From assembly GCA_040954595.2 (NCBI GenBank), contig CM082586.2, forward strand, positions 6,620,509 to 6,684,508: a DNA stretch of 64,000 bases, given 5' to 3'. Numbering within the stretch: the first letter of the stretch is position 1; the number at the start of each line of letters is the position of its first letter. Below are positions 24,408 to 37,562 of this stretch, in pieces. The notes below the pieces were generated by a model that ran no database searches, was not told where the DNA came from, and saw only the letters and a list, made by a program, of their open reading frames with translations. The DNA comes from Balanoglossus misakiensis. Its lineage: Eukaryota; Animalia; Hemichordata. The position numbers and the translations under genes were made by a program.

Positions 24408-26549
24408 GGGCATCATATTTCGTGATATCCATATGTGAGTGACAATGGGAATCTGTCGGATTTATGTTTGTATGTTGGACGCAGGACTGTTGTCTTGAAT
24501 GAATTGAGGGACAAGAGATGCTACCACAACAGTGACTGTTAAGATTGTTGTTGTGCAGAGTAGACCATGCTGGCCGAGATAATGATGAGTATGATGATGA
24601 TGATGATGAAGTTGATGATCATAATGACGTCGACAATGATGACGAAGATGATGATCATCATGACCGTGATGGTGTTTTTTTTTTGTTACAAAAATCCCAG
24701 AAAACTTTCCTTCCTTGTGCTTAAGTTTTTGAAGAAACAGGACAGCTATTCTTATGCATATATAATATTGGAAATATATTACTGTTATTGAAACTCTAAG
24801 ACCGCGTCTGTCATATTCTTATAAGCTATGAACAAGAGAAATTACTAGATGCACCCTAAGTGTACAATGAGGGTTTGTGGCAATAATACACATGATGACA
24901 ACATATAAAACTTGATTACATTCTTTATTTCAACACAAAGACAACACATTTTGAAGCCATCCAATGCAAAATAACATACAGACATGTAAACTACAGAGAA
25001 CAATAAGGATCTACTTTCGGTTATTTGTTGATAATCAATCAACAGACAAGTCCTAGCACACAATTTGATTGCACTATTTACAAAGGAAAGACTTGCCCAT
25101 TTAAAGCACCATCATGCTACAGTTCCAGGTACACAGTCGCATTTATTTGTACCAATGTCAAATGCATTACTTTGTCCTTGCACAAAGTCAAGTGCATTAC
25201 AGTAATTCTACACATGCCAGGGATCAAGTGAATTAATATGTACTTCAATTTAAACGATTTTTTTCCAGTTGCAGCACATTTTACCAGTCTGCACGGCATA
25301 CGACAGATCATTCCTGTCCATCAATACAGTCCAGGAATGGTATACTATTACGTACTGGTGATGAAGAAACCACTTATAGATAAAATCACATGATAATGTA
25401 ATTCATGAATATACTGTAGTCTGTAATTTGGAAGAATACATCCTGGGATATCCCATGAATGAAAATTTACACGCGTGACTCTCTATTCCTACTTTCCTGA
25501 ATTTTAACATGATAAATATTTTGAAAGCCAAGACACAGATAGAGGTGTTTAGCTTGTTCGCTGCATTAAAATTAATCAAATCTGCATTATGAATTTTTAA
25601 CAGTGGATAGTCTAGTAGCTAATGCAGTTATTTGCTCACACATTTGATTTGGTGTACATTGCTCAAATCAGTTAAATTTTAAGTTTTATTTTTGAGCTGT
25701 AGTACTAACTTAAACTTACTCTGTGGAAATTGGCACAAGTTTGTAAGACTCAATCAGTGTGCCTTGGTTGCAAAACTTGGCATGGAATAAATACTACATC
25801 TAACTTCTTCATCAGCTCAATTTGGCCCAATCAAATTCACTTGGCAAATTCATTAAATAAAATAATTTGATATTCATGACTCCCAATACTTTCTTCGTCA
25901 GCAGTAAATATTTTCTTTCATCAAAAAATAATATTGTCTTTTTCAAAATAAGTACATTTCAAGAAAATTAATCTTGATATATTGAGTATGGCTATGAGAG
26001 GATATGTACTCTAAAAATCGTAGGGTTATATTTCAGCCGGAAAATGCATCTTGGTAATTATCATAGTAATTACAATTAAATTACTCTCAAAGATGTATTA
26101 CCTGAAATTCATCCGCAATATACATGAAGCTATATCTGTACAGAAACATTTAATCTTACATTTGATAATTTGTAACTCAAAGCCCGGCCACAGCAGAAAG
26201 TTTAGATCTAACCAATCACAGATTTTCACTTGGGTAGCCATGCAAAAAGGGGTGCTACCATCACATGGTTATTATAAGACTTACACAAGCCATTCTAACT
26301 ATATCTGGGCATATGTAAATTAGAGGTGACTATTCAGGTACTAAACCCCATTCATCAACAGATTTGTACTCATTATGGAGAAAGAATACTGCAGTCCCTG
26401 AATATCTGATACACGAGTGTCCCCCCTCACTGGTGTAGTAGAGTCCAATCTCACTGTATGTAATGCTACGGTTGGACCTTTACACTTGGAAATAGGGATA
26501 AAAAAACAAATGTCACTTGGGTACATAGATGTATCTTTGAATAATAGAC

Positions 26550-28778
26550 CTATTTTCTCTTTTTCTTCAGTGCCTCGACAATTGCTCGTCGCTGCACTTC
26601 AGTGTAGTCCAATATTGACAGTAGAGCACTGAGATTAGCCATCGGTTGTCGGTCGATCAGGTAATAGTACACAGTGCTGCGTACCAGCTGAATGACAGCC
26701 TCCGGGTCGCTGTTGATCTGCCATCCCTGGCTGTAGATCTCGTGCCTCCTGGTCTCCTTCAGCTTCTCCAGCTCCTCCTCCGTCTTGTCCAGCTTCTTCA
26801 GCAGCCCCTTGTACGCCTTGTTCTGCGGATTCTTCGCCGCCTCCACGAGCATGTTCTCCTCCATCTCCATCTCCTGCGCCATCTGTCCCTTCCGGTACAT
26901 CTCCAGGTACCTGTCCTGGTGCACCTGTTCTTTGTCCTCGAATTCCTTCTTCATCCGGGCGATGACGCCTTCCAGTTCCGCGATGGTTTCCCGGTTTCCA
27001 TCGGCGATCTTCCCAGCGTCCTCTAGTTTCCCGATCGCAAGATTTTTGTCATCGTCTGCTTTCTGTCATTCACAGAAGAGAAAAAAAGTTTAAAATCTGT
27101 TAGGCATATGCACAGATGCCATTCATAATATTGCATTGATAAAAAGGAAACAAACTTGAAATTAACTGCTATTTTCAGCATTTGCCTGTACATGTATATA
27201 AAACTCTAAGGTGACACACTGTAGTAATATATGTGACAATTTTCATTGACTATGGCCAGCACATGCCTGCTAATTTTTGTATGTTTACAGTATATCACTG
27301 CCTACCTGTACTACTTCTTGCAGTTTTGCAATCTCTCCTGCATGCCTTTCTTTCAGCTGTCCCATGTCGTAATCATGAAGTTCCTGCATTTCACAGATGG
27401 TGTGGTCCTTCTCGATGGACAAGAACTCGATCTGTTGCTCCGATTCTTCCGTCAGGTACTGTATCTCAATGTCTCTCTCCCTCACGAGCTGTTGCAGCTC
27501 TCGGATCTGTCGGTTCAGTTCCTTGACTTGTTTCTCTTTCTGCTGCAAAGGGGTGAGGTACTTTTCTCCCGGAGTGGAGCTGTATGGATTCGGGTCGACG
27601 TCGTAGGTGAATTTCAATTTCGTCAGGTCTGTCGGAGATTCGCGTTTCGTCGATCCTTTCCCGTTGGGCATCTTCAGAGATACTTCGTTCTGTTTCGCTG
27701 GGTTTATTCTGCTTTGTCCTTCCGAGTCTCTCTGCAGGACATTTGCCTTCGCTGGTGTCAGACCGTATTTGTAACGCGAGGCGGCAAACAGCTTCTTGGC
27801 CATCACACTCTTCTGGGCGTTGGTCAGTTTCTCGTGATCCTTCTCGAAGACAACCCAGTCCGGCTTGGCGTCTGGGGATTTAACAGTCCTGGATGAATCA
27901 GCGCCGTTCGACAGCTTTTCTGGACTGCTTTCAGCGTTGCCCGTACCGAGATAATTCAACTTGCTTTTCCTATTAATGTGTGGGTTTTGCATTTTGCCGT
28001 CGCTGTGTGGGATGCAGTCCCTGTGGTAGTTTTTCGGAGGTTTCATTTCTTGGTGCTCGAAGGAGGGATGGCGATGCTTCATTCCTTTTGATTGGTCGTC
28101 GTTCGCACTGTAGCGCCTTGCCTTCACGCCCCCGTTGCTCCTTTGTGGCGGAGTTCCATGTTCATCGAAGACACACTCTCCTTCAAGTCCAAGCTCTGTG
28201 TTGTACGCGGCTCCCTTCAGGTCGTACAAACTGCTGTGTTTCTTGGGAAGACTCTGGCCGTGGGCGGGCGAGGCCACCGGGGTGGTCGACTGAGAGGGCA
28301 TCTGGATGGCCTTGCTGTTGGTCAGCACGCACTCCGAGGCGGACTTCTGCAGGTCGGTCTGCATCCAGGCGTCTGCGTTCCGGCAGTCCACTTCCGGGAA
28401 ATGATTCCGGGCGACGCCGGCAGAGTTCTCAACACTGTCGTCCTCTTCACAATGAGCAGGAGCATCCTCGGAAACGGTGGTGTCTTCACCACCGTGGAAA
28501 TGACCCGTCACCACGGCAACTCCATCAGCGGCATCGGACACAAGAGCACCTGTAATCAGGTCATTATTCTCAGTTTTCTCAAGACTGTCTGTAGAGTGTG
28601 TCGGGGATGAAAGCAAAGTTTTATCACCACTCCCATTTTTTCCACCCTTGGAATCATCGCCATGACATTCTGAAGTCAAGTTCAGATCTGGCCGGCATCC
28701 ATTGACAGCTGAATCATTTGTTGAGAGTTCATTATGGTTATTTAGTTCGTCACAAACTAAGGCATCAGTGGTTGCCAT
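26550..28778 (-). CDS. quick-to-court-like coiled-coil protein with C-terminal GRIP-like domain, 2 coding exons, ~661 aa
   Basis: Exons 28778-27306 and 27062-26550 (phase 0). Coiled coil LTPLQQKEKQVKEL. The C-terminus QLVRSTVYYYLID...LSILDYTEVQRRAI resembles the insect qtc GRIP-like tail. A 5'UTR acceptor lies at ~28919 and a candidate upstream donor at ~33181. Confidence 0.75.
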
Positions 28779-29245
28779 AGTAACAGTACTGGTGGCCAAC
28801 TATCATTGATGCTGGTCCCTAATGTTATTGGAGTGAAGTCGAGCTCTACTCGTCAGCTCACTTGTTTACAGCTGGTCTAAGAATTCCACGTTTCTTGTGC
28901 AGAAGTCAATGTACAACTCTGAAAAAAAATGCAAAGTGTCAATTAATTAAAATCTTGAAGATACAAGACCTCCAAGCAACTGTTATTTCTGAATGAACCA
29001 TGTACATGGACTAGTGTGTTTCATTTGCAGGTGATGATGTATGTTAAACCTGGCCAGACATTGCACTGGGCCCAGCTGACCTATCTCAGGTAGGATATAG
29101 CATAATTGTGACTTGGTTATATCCTAATCGATTGTTCAGAATGACTGAACATGGTGCTGTTCAGGGTAATTTGGCATACTAAAGCTGTAAGTTGGAGACT
29201 AGATGCTTGGTTTCTTGGTTTATACACTCTGGTACCTTGAAACTA

Positions 29246-29424
29246 CAGTCAAACCTGTGTTAGTGACCACCTCTATATAGTGACCACCTCTATATAGTGG
29301 CCACTTAGTTACAGTCCCTGTACAATTTACATGTGTATAAATTAACCTGTCTATAAAGACCACCTGTCTATAAAGGCCAGTTTGGTAAAGTCCCTTGACT
29401 GGTCACTATAGACAGGTTTGACTG
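29246..29424 (+). mobile_element. pogo/Tigger-like MITE (family F), TA target site
   Basis: TA-CAGTCAAACCTGT...ACAGGTTTGACTG-TA with internal GACCACCT subrepeats. Second copy at 40659-40820. Confidence 0.85.
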
Positions 29425-32400
29425 TAGATACAAATGTAGGTTGTTAGTATGAAAATCACTTTACCTTGGACAATATTACTAGATGATCCTGTAACCATCA
29501 CAGTTGAAAGTCAATATGCGCTCTAAGACTATTGCTCTAGAATTTACACATGCACTGAAATTTACACAGGTACATACATAAAACTAGCTTGCCAATAGTA
29601 GCTGCATGCCAAAGACACATTTACAATATGGTGAGAGTGCCAGCCAATATTACACATGGATGCGAATTATCCATAGAAATGTAAATAGCTTTTTGAATGA
29701 TGTGTGAAGGTCAAGTCCAAACAGGTATGTAGAAAAAATATACAGGTTGCAATCTGACAATAGACTGTCAGGAAATGACTATCACCAACTTTACAGTTAC
29801 TGGAGCATTGACTTAACCAAAATCTGTGTGTATATAGTTTTTGCCTGACAACAGAACAATTCTGTAGATTCTGGAATGAAGATTCAATTGACGACCATAC
29901 CTGTGACAGTTCTGAGTACGTGTACCTAACATCTTACATACAGGAATTGTGGGTATGATCACCACAGTAAACCAATGTTTACTGGCATGAATTTTCTCTG
30001 ATGAAATGGTTACATGGATGCAATGCTGATGGTGAATTTATCACTGTGATCTGAAAATAGAGGTCACTGAAGTCTAGTAAAAAGAAAAGTCTGAGTTGAT
30101 CATATCTGACACTCACATGAATTGAATCACCAGCAGCAATAGCTAAGATCATCTTATTTGCATGAGATATTATCAGCTAGACCATCATGTCTCTCTGTGC
30201 CGAATATTCTCAAGGGAGAGCCTTAAATAATGAACTGTCCCAAGTCTGTCACCATAGCAACCCTCAGCAGGGCGATCTATCCATATATACGTCATGATAA
30301 AACAGATACATATGAAATAAAAATTTATGTTGAATTCCTTATTGTGGGTCACTTGACTTTTGGAGGGTCCAAGTTCACTGCTAGTGCTAATTTTATCTCT
30401 CCACAACTTCTGAAATGTTACCTGCATAAAAATGGATCAATCTGTCCTGGTTTCAGTATTCCAAGTCTGCAGTGCATAATTTGTACCTGGCATGCTCCTA
30501 TATAATCTTAACTGTTTTATCACAATGCAAATGTTTCACTGTGATTTTCCTGAAGGGAAAATATCCATATGGAAAGCATATTGATGCACTGAAATTTTAT
30601 GTTATTATAATACACATAAAAAAAAGTTTCTATTTTTAATTTCATATCAGATTTAGATGATCCCGCCTGTTGTACATTCTATATCATGGCTCAGCACTGT
30701 ATGACTGATACTTCCAATATATAAAATGGGAAAATAAATTTTCTCCAGTGTAATTTATAAAAACACATTCACACATACACTATGCATTAGCATGTACTTT
30801 ACAGAAAAATGGGAATGATCAATTCACAAAGTCATAATGAGATAACGTGACCCAATTCCCCATGGTTCTTGCTGATGTCGATGTCCACTCTACATACACT
30901 GTGGGTGATCAATACAGCAAGGTTCAGTCTATAATATTATGATATTCTATTTTGATAATTTGTGACATCCTGCAAAATGTGCTGTGTCAACTATACTCTA
31001 GGAACATGACCTGTGACCTGCATTGCCATGCCAACACATCTGTAGGATTAAAATTTGTAATTCGACTCAATTGTTTTCGGGGAAGTCATTTCCATTGTCA
31101 GTGAGATTTATTTGTTAACAGTCTTTACAATGCTTGAATAAACACTCTTGGTATTTCGTCAACATTAATTCCTTTTTAGAGAAAGCGATTATACTGGGTC
31201 CCATATTTTTGTCTAATTTACATACATAGATCATTCGCATGTTTTTGAGCTGGGTGAATGAACTGCAAAGACCACTCCCAAATTTATTAATATCATTTTA
31301 AGTTTTTTTTTCTGAAATAGTACACATGTATGTGCAATATATAACATTTATTTGTCTCACAAATTTAATTTTTACCATATATTCACTTGATACTTAACTT
31401 ATTGGAAAAAAATAATAATTTTGAACCGACAGGTGATCATATAATCTGAAATGTGATACCCACCATATTAATTTCATTTTTGTCTGCATTCATATATTAT
31501 TATTAATTCATGCATGGCTATTCTTTCTGTACTATTCACATTTGCTGTATGCCTGTCTTTTTCTTTTAAGTCATTAGTTTTCTGACGTGGCAACATTCCT
31601 GTCAAATACTGACGTCTACGATCACGTCATTAAAACTGAGAATAGTAATGATAAGTTATGAAGCAAACATCAAGAGTGATAATCAGCCCCAGAGGAATTA
31701 TGTTGACTATAAAATATGTCATCACCATCAAGTCATTTTTAGTACTACCGGGCAAAATAAAATAATTGGATCTTAGACATTTAAAATGTTGACTTTTAAA
31801 CAGGTTTAATTTTCTGGGGCAATACTTTAATATGACATATAGACTGAAACCAGAATGAATTTAATATTTTACATTTATCAAATATTAATACTGAAGCCAT
31901 CTGTCATTGATTTTTAAGTTGTCATTTTATCAATAATCTCAAAAATAGAACTGTCAGTTTATGATGTTTGTTACCGTTTCCTGGAAACAGATTTAGGACA
32001 TCATGTCAAGCCACTGACAGACTGGAAAATTCTTCATATACATTGATATTATGGGAATTATTACGCTATGGGATCACTGATAGTCATGTTTGAGAAATTC
32101 AAAATATAATGTACTTGTAATGAAGCTTATGAAATAAACAGAAAGAACAAAATTAGTTCTTTTTTAAATCTTAAAATGTCGTTTTAAAGATTATCAATAG
32201 TATAATTCTTAAATATTATTCATAAAGTTTGAGGATCTAAAATTATGTTTGAAAAAATAATTTGCCATTTTTGTAGTGTGAGATAGAGAGCATGTCATGT
32301 ACAAGTAATCGTATTTTCTTCCGAAATTCAAATATTTGCAGTCTCTCAATTTTCACCAGACTGTTTGCCTTAAGGATCATGAATGTATCTCAATAATGTA

Positions 32401-33987
32401 CACGTATTTAAAATCAAAACATTCAAACACGGCGTTTATCCAGAATCGAAGATGTCATGATTTCTGGTGAATCGAACTCTCACTTACATAATTCAAGTGT
32501 GATATTGAGTCGTCTGAAATCTGCTGGTATTCGGGCAAATAGTCAAATAATGAGATCAAATGGATGTCATAATCACCCCAAATCCTGAACACTGAAACAC
32601 TGACAAATCTGTTGACCTCATATTCAATTCAGTCTGAACTATCACTATGCTGTTCCCAGTATATGCCACAGATATATACTGACCATTTCTTTAATGAGAA
32701 GAGATAGAGACTTTTTTCTTGAGTTTGAATGCGGAGTAATATTCGTGATAAAACAGGAAATGGACACCCAACATCGTCATGGCGAAATACTCAATCGCAC
32801 TTCAGCACATCTGCCATCATTAAACAGCTATTTTTTAACTATAAAATTGCCATGCTTTAAAAAAATAAAATATTCCTCTTTTTGCTTTAAAACTCATGTG
32901 GCATCTTGTAACTGCAAAGCTATTGTATAAAATGAGTCATGACATTGCATTATAATCATATTGTAATATTCAGAAATCATGTCCTAGTTTCCAAAATACA
33001 TTTTAGATTAACCGACTTACAACTTTATAAGGTATCTAATCTCTCACAGTTTTACAGTTGTACTGTATAATTCCATTTTCAAGTGAACCGAAGGTTTCTA
33101 AATCGCACACTTGATAATGATGCGGCTCTAAAGGTTTCAGGAAAACCGCTTTGACATATCACGTTTGTCTGTTCCACTTACCTGAGAGAAACGGGAAAAC
33201 AGCGATCAATGATTTCTCACGAATTGTCGACTAAACAGACACAAAAAACATGCATCGGCAGCTTCATCAGATCTTGGCATTGACGCTGTTATTTTGGGGG
33301 GAGCCTCCAGCGAATTGACACATGGCAGTCGTGGGATTACAGAGATCGATCGCTCTGGGCTGAGTGATGTGCAAGTCGGTCGCGATCGCATTATGAATAT
33401 GCAGATGAGGCAGGCACGTATATGCTGGCACTGTTTGAAATATACACGGGTGAGCTTCTTGGAGTTACGTGGGTGAATAACGTAGGTGTGCTTGAATACG
33501 TGCAGGAAATGTGCTCCGATGAATTATAGGCAGTTTTAAGATTTCAATCTATAATTTTAATAGGCGAAAATGTAATTTTAACACTTTTTATGCAAAGGCA
33601 AATAGATCCTGTCGATGAGAATTATGCTTAAAAATTAAATGAAGCTAGCTCTTAGCATCTTTTCTTGGAAAGTCATAATTTTGAGTTAACAGACCACATT
33701 TGCTGACATCACAGAGGCAAAACAAGGAGTTTCCTTCTACAGATACAATTTCCATCCTGTACCCGCCCGTCTCAGAATGGAACAGTCCATGTATAGTACA
33801 GGTAGCACTGTCTGTTTGGCTACATAATTGTGATAATAGGGGTTGTAATTGGATTAATTTGAATTAGCATGACCTGGTGATTAGTAGACCAATTAGCCAA
33901 GTAATTAAAATGACCTTTATCAGAGAGACAGGATGATCACCTGAAAAACAGACTTTTAACAGATGCAGTGATTGTTTTATAAATTAA

Positions 33988-34161
33988 AGGTATACGGTCA
34001 CCTCCAATTTACATATCGCCAAATATGGCTGAAATGGCGTATTTGAGTGTTCTAAAGAACGCTTTATTTTCGCGTGTGCCACCCACTGAAAATCTGTGAT
34101 TGGTTAGATCTCGATTTACCATGGTAACTGTGGCTAAATTTGTATAGGTGACCGTATACCT
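33988..34161 (-). mobile_element. Kolobok-like MITE (family C) copy 2
   Basis: TTAA flanks and TIR AGGTATACGGTCACCT. The body is the reverse complement of 8969-9152. Confidence 0.85.
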
Positions 34162-34666
34162 TTAAAATCTCTCCATGTTCTTATAAGAAAAATGTTTCTC
34201 ATTCTCCAAAAACTTTCACTGGCATTGTTACATACCTGTAACAAGTGCAATAAACAAACCGTCCTCTTATTTTTTACAGGATAGGGTATCCAATTCCCTT
34301 CCCCAGCTAAAAGTTTGGAAGTACCGGTAATAAATCGTGCAAAATTTGAGGCTTGAACTGTCAATCAGCGCCTGCGTCGCGCCACCATGGGAACTAGATT
34401 CCTTTTGTTTTATAGCTGAACGTGACCGCGACCTATATTGATGAGGGCGTGATACACGTTAGTGAGCACTGGTATTTTGTCTCTCTGAGACAGCTTGCTA
34501 ATATTTAACACAATTCACAATTTAACAGAACAATTATGTGATTTAGTTTTTTAAGGTAAAACAATTCCCTTTAGTTCACGGGGCGCATATTAGAGGAACA
34601 GTTATTGATAATTGACGTCACAATCTTACTCAGGTCAGGTCAACGAAACTAACAAGGGATAGTTCA

Positions 34667-36738
34667 ATGTTGTCAGTTGCATGTCCCAGCAAAGGAGCTA
34701 TGGCCTGGGTATCACGCACTTTCGTGAACTTTGCCCGTCGAAGTCAATGCACAGTCAGACCAAGAGCTATGCATTCATCAGCAAACGAAGGTAAAGTAAA
34801 ACCAAGCATTCAAGTTCAACATATGTACGCCTATTTGCGATTTCTGTATTTCTTAGTTGTGACAGTTTATGTTCGGTGTGTATACATTATAGCAGACGCA
34901 CGCATACGCGCATGTAAAAATAGCTGACGCCAAGACTCAATTAGTTTTCATTCAGTGTACTCAGGGAGTGATTTCAATGGAATTAATTGTATTTTAGATA
35001 GTTTTCATTCAGTGTACTCAGGGAGTGATTTCAATGGAATGAATTGTATTTTAGATCCAACTGTTGTGACAGAAAAGAGGGGGAAAGTCTTCCTCATCGG
35101 GATCAACAGACCCCGAGTCAGAAATTGTGTGAATTTAGAAACAGGAGTCCAGCTTCTAGACGCATTCAAGCGTTTTGACCAAGATGAAGATGCCTTGGTT
35201 GCTGTGTTCCATGGCAAAGGTACTAAGTCAATCCAAGTATAAAGCTATCAGCCATTTACAACGACCGGTTTTATCTTATTGGCCACCACCAGCTGTCAAA
35301 AGTACACTCCACCTTTACTCTATAGCAAATATTATGTATATAACATGCATTTTCAACAGTCAAATTGGGTCAATGTCTTTTAAATTGATCTTTCATGAAT
35401 TTAAATCACAGCAAGATTTATTTTCTTGTTTCTATTCCCTTGCCTCAGGTGGTTGTTTTTGTGCTGGATTTGATCTCAAACAGTTGGCGTCAGGAAAATC
35501 CTTACAAGGATCAGAAATTGAGATAGAGTACGCCCCAATGGTGAGATGTGTGACATTCTTAACCCCAAAATGATTAACGCGTATCCCTAATACGTTGTCA
35601 TGACACCTGAAAGGCTAAAGAACTGAGCAGTCCTTTCAATCAGCTGTTTTGCTCAACTCGGACTTGGTCAATCACTCATAGAAGTCACAGATTATTTCTC
35701 TAAGTCAACAGCTGTAAACTGTTTCTCGGTAGGGTCCCTCTAAGACACTATTCAGCAAACCGATCATTGGTGCTATCGACGGCTACGCTGTTGCTGGTGG
35801 ACTGGAGTTGGCGTTGATTTGCGACATGAGAGTGGTTGAAGAGAGTGCAATCATGGGTGTCTTCTGCCGAAGATTTGGTGATAATAGTTTTCCAGATTTT
35901 TTTGTGCAACGATCAGCAAACATATAGTTCTTCAAAATGTTCTTGTACATGGGATCAGATTATCAAGTGTTAAACAAAAATTCAAAGCCGCTGCATTTTT
36001 TATGTTGTATACAAAATGCAAGTAGTCTGATCAATTTCTTTACATTTTATACTGTTTTTGGCTGTTTAATAATGTTTCATTCCTCCCTCTGAAAAACAGG
36101 GGTGCCACTCCTAGACGGCGGCACTGTGAGATTGCAGAAGCTGATTGGTCTATCCAGGGCTATGGACATGACCTTGACAGGGAGACCAGTGAAGGCACAG
36201 GAAGCTTTGCAGTTTGGTCTGGCCAATAGAGTGGTGCCAGACGGCACTGGTAAGTTTTGAAGCCATCTTCAGACATTTTGAAATTCTGTATAATGATTTT
36301 GATAGCTGTCACATTATCAGAGTATGGTAGACTGTTCTCACTTTGGATGCATTTGAAAACTTGTTTTATTAGCCGTTTTGAGCTCACATGTTCATACGTA
36401 TAATCTGACAATGTACCACTTTCTGTACATTGTATCTGGCAAATTATGCAAATCTGTAAATGAATTATGCATGTAATTCATGTAAACCTTCCACAGCTCT
36501 GGACGAAGCCATCAAATTAGCCAATGAGATCGCGTCATTCCCACAAGAGTGCATGAGAGCCGACCGACGGGCAGCCTACTACGCCGCCTACGACAGCAAG
36601 TCGTACGAAGACGCCATGAAATTCGAACACGAGAACGGATTTCCGATCATCATGAAGGAATCCGTGAAGGGAGCCGGTCGATTTGCCGGCGGTGTCGGCC
36701 GATCTGGATCTTTCGACGCATTCAAAAGTAAACTGTGA
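34667..36738 (+). CDS. Crotonase/enoyl-CoA hydratase family protein with probable mitochondrial presequence, 6 exons, ~305 aa
   Basis: Exons 34667-34790, 35055-35219, 35449-35540, 35733-35877, 36100-36249, 36497-36738. Motifs [49 protein letters not shown]. Arg/Ser/Ala-rich N-terminus. Confidence 0.92.
34942..35055 (+). repeat. 57-bp tandem duplication spanning a splice acceptor
   Basis: Two copies of TAGTTTTCATTCAGTGTACTCAGGGAGTGATTTCAATGGAAT(T/G)AATTGTATTTTAGA, differing by one mismatch. Confidence 0.95.
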
Positions 36739-37562
36739 TCAAGCTGAGTTATAAAGCGAGAGGAACTGTACGGATGGGAGAATGTAGTTAACACAGCAGC
36801 TGAATGTAAAATTAACCAACACATGTCAGTCTTACGATATTTCATGTATAAATGTACTGCTTGAAAAAATCCTCTTTCTACTTAACTTTGCTCAGTTGAG
36901 AAATACAACTGGTGCTCAAGAGAGACAATGTAGTGGGTATGGAAGTTCTTTTTACAAATTGATAATTGAAAATGAACCAGTCTAGGCAACTCAGATTTAC
37001 TGCAAAAGAAATTTATTACACAGGAAAATAATAAAAAAAGATAACTTGGATGCGAAGACTGCTTTGTGAAGACATGAACATTTCACCTTACACACTGAAC
37101 TGACACATATAACATTAAATTGACAGAGGGAATCTCGTAGAACCTGTCAGTTTATAATTTTCCAAGTAAATTTCCAACTTCATTTTAGTTGGACCTATTT
37201 GTTTTTTTAATGCCTAATTGTTTCCAAACTAGATCCCTCAGCATAAATATTTCATGCTCGTAAATTCCACCAAACTGGTGTATACATATTAATTTCCAAA
37301 CAGGAAGAAGGGGATGTTGTCGTACACTTTTGTTTAATGCTAGGTGGGCCTTTTGGGAAGTTCTGACTCCTCAGTGATGTACAAAATTGAAATGCCATCT
37401 AAAACTACAACTACAGTGTAAATCACAGCAAAGGGACGAACAGTCACACATATACGCTGTAACCCCACATAACAGAATGGTATCTGCCATTCAGCCACTG
37501 AAGTATAATTTATACCATTTCTATAGAGGTAAGTAGAGGATAAACTTGGGAGGGGCTCCTGC

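Noticed and set aside
32469-32478. Other B-box cores (GTTCGATTC; also 53685-53693)
   Set aside because: Only 9-bp core matches without A-box or terminator context. They show that short matches arise by chance.
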